A stretch of DNA of 64,000 bases, from NCBI GenBank assembly GCA_046754085.1, contig JBHHVE010000013.1:1190-65189 (forward strand), written 5' to 3'. Below are positions 59,531 through 64,000 of the stretch, one piece after another. Position 1 is the stretch's first letter, and every line of letters starts with the position of its first letter. A program made the position numbers and the translations under genes. Source of the stretch: Leptospirillia bacterium (GTDB lineage Bacteria; Nitrospirota; JACRHL01). Under the pieces are notes generated by a model, which was given only the letters and a program-made list of their open reading frames with translations, had not been told where the DNA came from and made no database searches.

Positions 59531-61173
59531 GTGGCGGGGTCGCCACCGGGGTGTTCCATGACCCCGGTGCGGGGCGTATCCTCCGTGGGGGGCGCACTGT
59601 GCCCACCGTCGAAAAAGCAGACCTGGTTGCGGCCGCGGTTTTTGGCCATATAGACGGCGTGATCGGCCATGGCCACCAATACATCCGCACTGCCGCAGGT
59701 GTCCGGGGCGTAGCTCGACACGCCAAAACTCATGGTCACCCGGAGCGGTTTTCCCTCCACCTGGTGAATGGTCTCCCGGACCGCCAGACGCAACTCCTCG
59801 GCCTTGGCCTCCGCACCCTCCCGGTCGGTGAGGGGCAACAGCACAACGAATTCCTCGCCGCCGTAGCGGGCCATGCAGTCCGACTGGCGCAGGGCATCCT
59901 GCAGCACCCGGGCCATCTCCTTGAGCACCCGGTCGCCCACCGGGTGGCCGTATGTGTCGTTGATGCCCTTGAAGTGGTCCACGTCCATCATGATCAGGGA
60001 CAGGGGCAGGTCATGGCGGGCGGCCAGGCGAAACTCCTCGGACAGCCGCATATCGAAAAAACGCCGGTTGTACAGCCCGGTAAGCGGGTCGCTGATGGCA
60101 AGACGCTGCAACGAGACATTCTCGTTCGACAGGCTCTCGTGCACATATGCATTTCGCAAGGCGTTTCCGGAGACATTGGCAATCAGGTCGCAGACCCGGA
60201 CATCACGCTTGGTAAAGTGGGTTTCACGGCGGGCCATGCAAAGCAACTGGGTGCCGATGAGGGGGTCACCCAGGGTGATCGGCAGCACCATGAGCGACTG
60301 CACCTGCACCTCCTCCAGCTTGTCCAGCACCGGCGCCATCAGTTTGGAATCCGCCGCATGGGGCACCAGCACCGGCCCCCGACGCTTCAACGCCTCCTTA
60401 ATCTCCGGATAGTTGGCAAGGTCGATGCGCAGGGCGAGGTTTCTGGGGCGTTCACCGGCGGCGAGCAACTCCCGGCTCATCAGCAGGGTGCCGGTGTCCG
60501 CTCCGTCGTCCACGTGCACCACACTGCAACGGAAGGCGCCGACCAGACGGGTCACCTGCTTGATCATCAATTCCAGCACCTCCGACTGCTTCAGTGCGGT
60601 GGAAAAGCCGTGGGAGGCGGCCACCACCGCCTCCAGATCGTCCCGTTCCTCGGTCAGCGCCTGCTGCCCCACCACCTGACGTTGCAGGTTGCGGGACAGA
60701 AAGCCGAAAAACACCCCCACCATGAGCAGCACCAGACTGCGGAATAAAATCCCCTGCGGCGCTGCGAAACGGGCCGTGAAATCGCCCTCCGGCAATACCG
60801 TATAAACCACCCCCATATAGGCGGCAAGAGCCATGCTCACGGCTGCAAAAATACCCCGTTCTCCCTGGATGCAGGCAGCCCAGGCCACCACCGGGAGGTA
60901 GAGGTAAAAAGCGTCTCCCTGCACCGCGTCAAGGTCGTGGATCAGCACCGAATAGGCGCCGATGTCGAACAGCGCCAGAAACAGCCACGCCGGGCCGTTG
61001 GTAAAGGTCTCCTCCGGACGCCCCATGAATACGAGGTTCGAGATGATCAGGGCGCAGAAGGTCCCCACCAGCAGCCCGTTCGACAGGTTGGCCGGGCTGT
61101 CCAGTTGAACCAGTCCGACCGCAAGCAGTATCCCCAGCCAGCGGATATTCAGTAACAGTGCTTTGTTGTTCAA
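59527..61173 (-). CDS. Membrane sensor GAF-GGDEF diguanylate cyclase
   Basis: Multiple TM helices, GAF-like domain, DPLTGLYNRR, DVDHFKGINDTYGH, RQSD I-site, RYGGEEF. Confidence 0.9.
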   Translation of the reverse strand: MNNKALLLNIRWLGILLAVGLVQLDSPANLSNGLLVGTFCALIISNLVFMGRPEETFTNGPAWLFLALFDIGAYSVLIHDLDAVQGDAFYLYLPVVAWAACIQGERGIFAAVSMALAAYMGVVYTVLPEGDFTARFAAPQGILFRSLVLLMVGVFFGFLSRNLQRQVVGQQALTEERDDLEAVVAASHGFSTALKQSEVLELMIKQVTRLVGAFRCSVVHVDDGADTGTLLMSRELLAAGERPRNLALRIDLANYPEIKEALKRRGPVLVPHAADSKLMAPVLDKLEEVQVQSLMVLPITLGDPLIGTQLLCMARRETHFTKRDVRVCDLIANVSGNALRNAYVHESLSNENVSLQRLAISDPLTGLYNRRFFDMRLSEEFRLAARHDLPLSLIMMDVDHFKGINDTYGHPVGDRVLKEMARVLQDALRQSDCMARYGGEEFVVLLPLTDREGAEAKAEELRLAVRETIHQVEGKPLRVTMSFGVSSYAPDTCGSADVLVAMADHAVYMAKNRGRNQVCFFDGGHSAPPTEDTPRTGVMEHPGGDPAT

Positions 61174-61231
61174 CGCGCCTTAAATCCGTCCGTCCCATAT
61201 GGTTATGGACAACAGGGTTCCCCAACGCCCT

Positions 61232-61260
61232 TTCTCGGTGGAAACGGTGTGCATCTTGAG
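61232..61260 (-). promoter_or_regulatory. Putative sigma28-type promoter of the GAF-GGDEF gene
   Basis: CTCAAG-N15-ACCGAGAA, same -35 and spacing as 22186-22214. Confidence 0.45.
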
Positions 61261-61296
61261 TTATGGGGGCCTGTAAAGGTGCGGAAAAGCGCCCGT

Positions 61297-62121
61297 TCAG
61301 GCAGGTTGGGCAGAGCGCAGCCGGGCGGTCAGAAAGGCCATGAAGAACAGGGCCACCAGGCAAAGTACGATGGTGCCGCCGGAGGCCACGTCCCACAGGT
61401 AGGAGAGCAACAACCCGCCCCCCACGGCAAGCCAGCCGGACGCCACGGAGATCATCAGCACCCCCCGCCAGTTTCTGGCCAGTTGGTGGCCGATGGCGGC
61501 GGGCATCACCAGGAGCGCCGACGCCAGCACCACCCCCACCACTTGGGTGGCCGCCACCACGGTGCAGGCGATAGCAATCAGAAGCCCGTAATAAAGCCTT
61601 TGGGCGGGCAGGCCGGTGACCCGGGCCACCTCCTCGTCGAAACTGACGAACAAGAGCTCTTTAAACAGCAGCAGGACGAATCCCAGCACCAGCAGACAGA
61701 CCGTAAACAGCCCCATCAACTGGCTGGAACTGACCGCCAGGATATTGCCGAACAGATAGCTGAACAGGTCTCCCTGATAGGCGTCCGAAAAGCCCACCAA
61801 CACCACCCCGAGGGCCATGATGCCGGTGGTGAGAATGCCAATAGCGGTGTCCTCCTTCACCCGCCCCCGGTGGGTAATGGCACCAATGCCGAACGCCGTG
61901 CCGATGCAGACCACAAGCGCCGTCAGCATAGGGTTAATACCGCTGAGCAGCCCCACCGCAACACCCCCCAGAGCGGCATGGGAAATGCCAATACCGGCAA
62001 ACGCCAGCCGCTTGAGCAGCACGAACAGGGACATCACCGAGCACAGCAGGCTGACAAGAAGCCCCCCGACAAAGGCACGCTGCATGAAATCGTAGGCGAA
62101 AATACCGGAAAAATCGGTCAT
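61297..62121 (-). CDS. znuB: Zn/Mn ABC transporter permease
   Basis: FMQRAFVGG, GISHAALGG, YLFGNILAV, VGVVLASALLVMPA. Confidence 0.9.
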   Translation of the reverse strand: MTDFSGIFAYDFMQRAFVGGLLVSLLCSVMSLFVLLKRLAFAGIGISHAALGGVAVGLLSGINPMLTALVVCIGTAFGIGAITHRGRVKEDTAIGILTTGIMALGVVLVGFSDAYQGDLFSYLFGNILAVSSSQLMGLFTVCLLVLGFVLLLFKELLFVSFDEEVARVTGLPAQRLYYGLLIAIACTVVAATQVVGVVLASALLVMPAAIGHQLARNWRGVLMISVASGWLAVGGGLLLSYLWDVASGGTIVLCLVALFFMAFLTARLRSAQPA

Positions 62122-62128
62122 GGCGGCG

Positions 62129-62977
62129 CTAGTCGTTATGCTCCCCATGGGAGTGGGCATGGGAAGCATGCTCGTGGCGATCAGCGTTGTCATGGTGGGA
62201 GAAAAAGTCGAACTCGCAGGCATAGGCCCGACCCAGGTCGTGGCTCTCCATCACCTCGCTGGGGTGGCCGTGAACGTGCAGCGTGCGGTTGATGCAAGCC
62301 AGCGAATCGGCGTATTTGGACAGCATTGAAACATCGTGGGATACGGTGATCACGGTCAAACCGCGTTCCTCCTGAAGGGCCTTCAGGAGGCGGTACAGGC
62401 GGTCCTGATGGGGCAGATCCACCCCCTCGGTGGGCTCGTCGAGGATGAGCAGGCGGGTCTTGCGGCACAGGGCGCGGGCGATCATGACCCGCTGGATCTG
62501 GCCACCGGACAGTTCGCCCACGGGCCGCATGGCCTCCGCCTCAAGCCCCATGCGGATCAGGCTGTCCATCACCAGGTCCCGGTCCTTTCTGGACGGCCGC
62601 CGACCCATGCCGATGCAGCAGGTACGCCCCATCATCACCACGTCGAACGCGGAAAACGGCGACCACCGGTCGGTGTAGGCGCGCTGGGGCACGTAGCCGA
62701 TGTGGTGGGCGCGTTTGCCCAGCTCCCACGGCCGGGCGCCCAGTACAGTGACCTGGCCACGGGTTGGCCGGTGTACCCCCAGTATCACCTTCAGGCAGCT
62801 GGTTTTACCGGCGCCGTTGGGGCCGATCAGCCCCAGAAACCGCCCGGACGGCACCGACAGGGTGATGTCGGAGAGCACCTCGCGCCCCCCCAGGATCAAA
62901 TCCACATGCTCCAGGCTGACCAGGGTTTCCGGCGCGGTATCAAGTGCGGCCGTATTTTGAGCGCCACTCCGACTCAT
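62129..62977 (-). CDS. znuC: Zn/Mn ABC transporter ATPase with His-rich tail
   Basis: GPNGAGKT, GYVPQ, LSGGQIQRV, LDEPT, SHD; tail HHDNADRHEHASHAHSHGEHND. Confidence 0.9.
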   Translation of the reverse strand: MSRSGAQNTAALDTAPETLVSLEHVDLILGGREVLSDITLSVPSGRFLGLIGPNGAGKTSCLKVILGVHRPTRGQVTVLGARPWELGKRAHHIGYVPQRAYTDRWSPFSAFDVVMMGRTCCIGMGRRPSRKDRDLVMDSLIRMGLEAEAMRPVGELSGGQIQRVMIARALCRKTRLLILDEPTEGVDLPHQDRLYRLLKALQEERGLTVITVSHDVSMLSKYADSLACINRTLHVHGHPSEVMESHDLGRAYACEFDFFSHHDNADRHEHASHAHSHGEHND

Positions 62978-63918
62978 TCCGACAGGGCCTCCTCAAAAGC
63001 CGCCACACTGGCACGCATCAGCGCCGGGTACGAGGCGCCCGCGGGGCTGCGGGGATCTCCCAGGGGATCGACCGTCACCACCCGTCCGCCAAACTGCTCG
63101 GCAATGGTGCGGGCGATGCGCGGGTTGAACTGGGGCTCGATCAGAATCGCCCGCGCCCCCTCCCGGCGCGCCGACTCGATCACCTGCCGCATCCAGCGCG
63201 CCGACGGCTCCCGTCCCGGGGACGGCTCCACCACTGCCACCTCGCGAAGATTATAGCGCCCGGCGAAGTGTGTCCACGCCCCATGGAACGATACGAAGGC
63301 GCGCCCCCGATACGGGGCCAGCCGTTCGGACAGTTCCCGGTCGAGGTCGGTTAGTTGTTCGGAAAGGTGTTCGGCGCGGCTGGAAAACACCCCGGCGGCA
63401 TCCGGAGCCACCCGGATCAGGGCGGCGCTCAGGGACGGAAGCACCTGATCCCGCACCCGAATCGGATCGAGCCACAGATGCGGATCCTCCCCCCCATGCC
63501 CGTGCGCGTCATGCTCCGCACCCGCTTGATCGTCCCGCGCCAGCGTCAAATGGGGGGCGCCATCCCGTACCGCGGCGCCGAGCCGTGTCGCCCACGAGTC
63601 CAGCCCGCCACCCACGGTGACCAGCAAATCCGCACCGGCCAACTCCCGAATCTGGCGCGGGGTGGGTTCAAAACCGTGGGGAGAGGCGCCGGGGGGCAGC
63701 AGGGTGGAAACGGCCACCCGGTCGCCGCCTATGGCCCCAACCAGGAGCGCCAGTGGATGCACCGACACCGACACGCGGATCGGTGCGGTGTCCGTGGTTA
63801 CGGTTTCGGGAACGGCCCAGGCCGCGGTGGGACAGCACCACAAAGCGAGGGCCATCCACAGGGCGGATACCGCGTTGGCGCGCCACACACGCGCAGGTAC
63901 ATCGATGTTTTGGATCAA
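62974..63918 (-). CDS. znuA: Zn/Mn ABC transporter substrate-binding protein
   Basis: PPGASPHGFEP, EHDAHGHGGEDPHLWLDP, FHGAWTHF. Confidence 0.88.
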   Translation of the reverse strand: MIQNIDVPARVWRANAVSALWMALALWCCPTAAWAVPETVTTDTAPIRVSVSVHPLALLVGAIGGDRVAVSTLLPPGASPHGFEPTPRQIRELAGADLLVTVGGGLDSWATRLGAAVRDGAPHLTLARDDQAGAEHDAHGHGGEDPHLWLDPIRVRDQVLPSLSAALIRVAPDAAGVFSSRAEHLSEQLTDLDRELSERLAPYRGRAFVSFHGAWTHFAGRYNLREVAVVEPSPGREPSARWMRQVIESARREGARAILIEPQFNPRIARTIAEQFGGRVVTVDPLGDPRSPAGASYPALMRASVAAFEEALSE

Positions 63919-64000
63919 AACGGCGTGCCCATGGAGTCCCTGTCGAAATGCAGGAGGTTCCGGTCGCCCGATCCGGGGCCGGGGCAGGCGTCCATAGGGA

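Noticed and set aside
63907-63921. GTTTTG-GAT-CAAAAC dyad at the znuA start as a Zur box
   Set aside because: Only 6-bp arms, and it does not match known Zur/Fur consensus sequences

Overview
High-GC (roughly 65%) bacterial chromosomal window. The MnmA 'ERSCCK' signature, DUF5069, DUF4321 and the dnaG-rpoD-tRNA-Ile2-zinc-ribbon order suggest Nitrospirota or a related deltaproteobacteria-like lineage; this is inference only. Most of the window is housekeeping: rnpB, tRNA-Ile(CAU), rpoD, dnaG, yqeY, phoH-HDIG-ybeY-ftsY, rlmN, zapB/zapA, dapC/dapD, pheS/pheT, rpe, rsmB, htpX, fmt, def, gpmI, glyQ/glyS, mnmA, leuCDB, asd, a cysteine desulfurase, bluB, dcd, queA and a Zn/Mn ABC transporter. The standout is a ~15 kb minus-strand operon (7208-22136). 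It joins a Wsp-like chemosensory pathway (2 CheW, 2 MCP, CheA-REC, REC-GGEEF diguanylate cyclase, CheB, no CheR) to a membrane-anchored HEAT-repeat protein, a processive GT2 synthase (QRRRW) and a TPR-LysM-LysM-beta-barrel export protein. This looks like a self-contained sense > c-di-GMP > exopolysaccharide system. Other oddities: a shared sigma28-like promoter motif upstream of the c-di-GMP loci, a PATAN protein plus an I-site-intact degenerate GGDEF upstream of zapB/zapA, an archaeal/spirochaete-type PheRS, and a sharp low-GC3 patch inside glyS. No CRISPR array, transposase, integrase or rRNA was seen.
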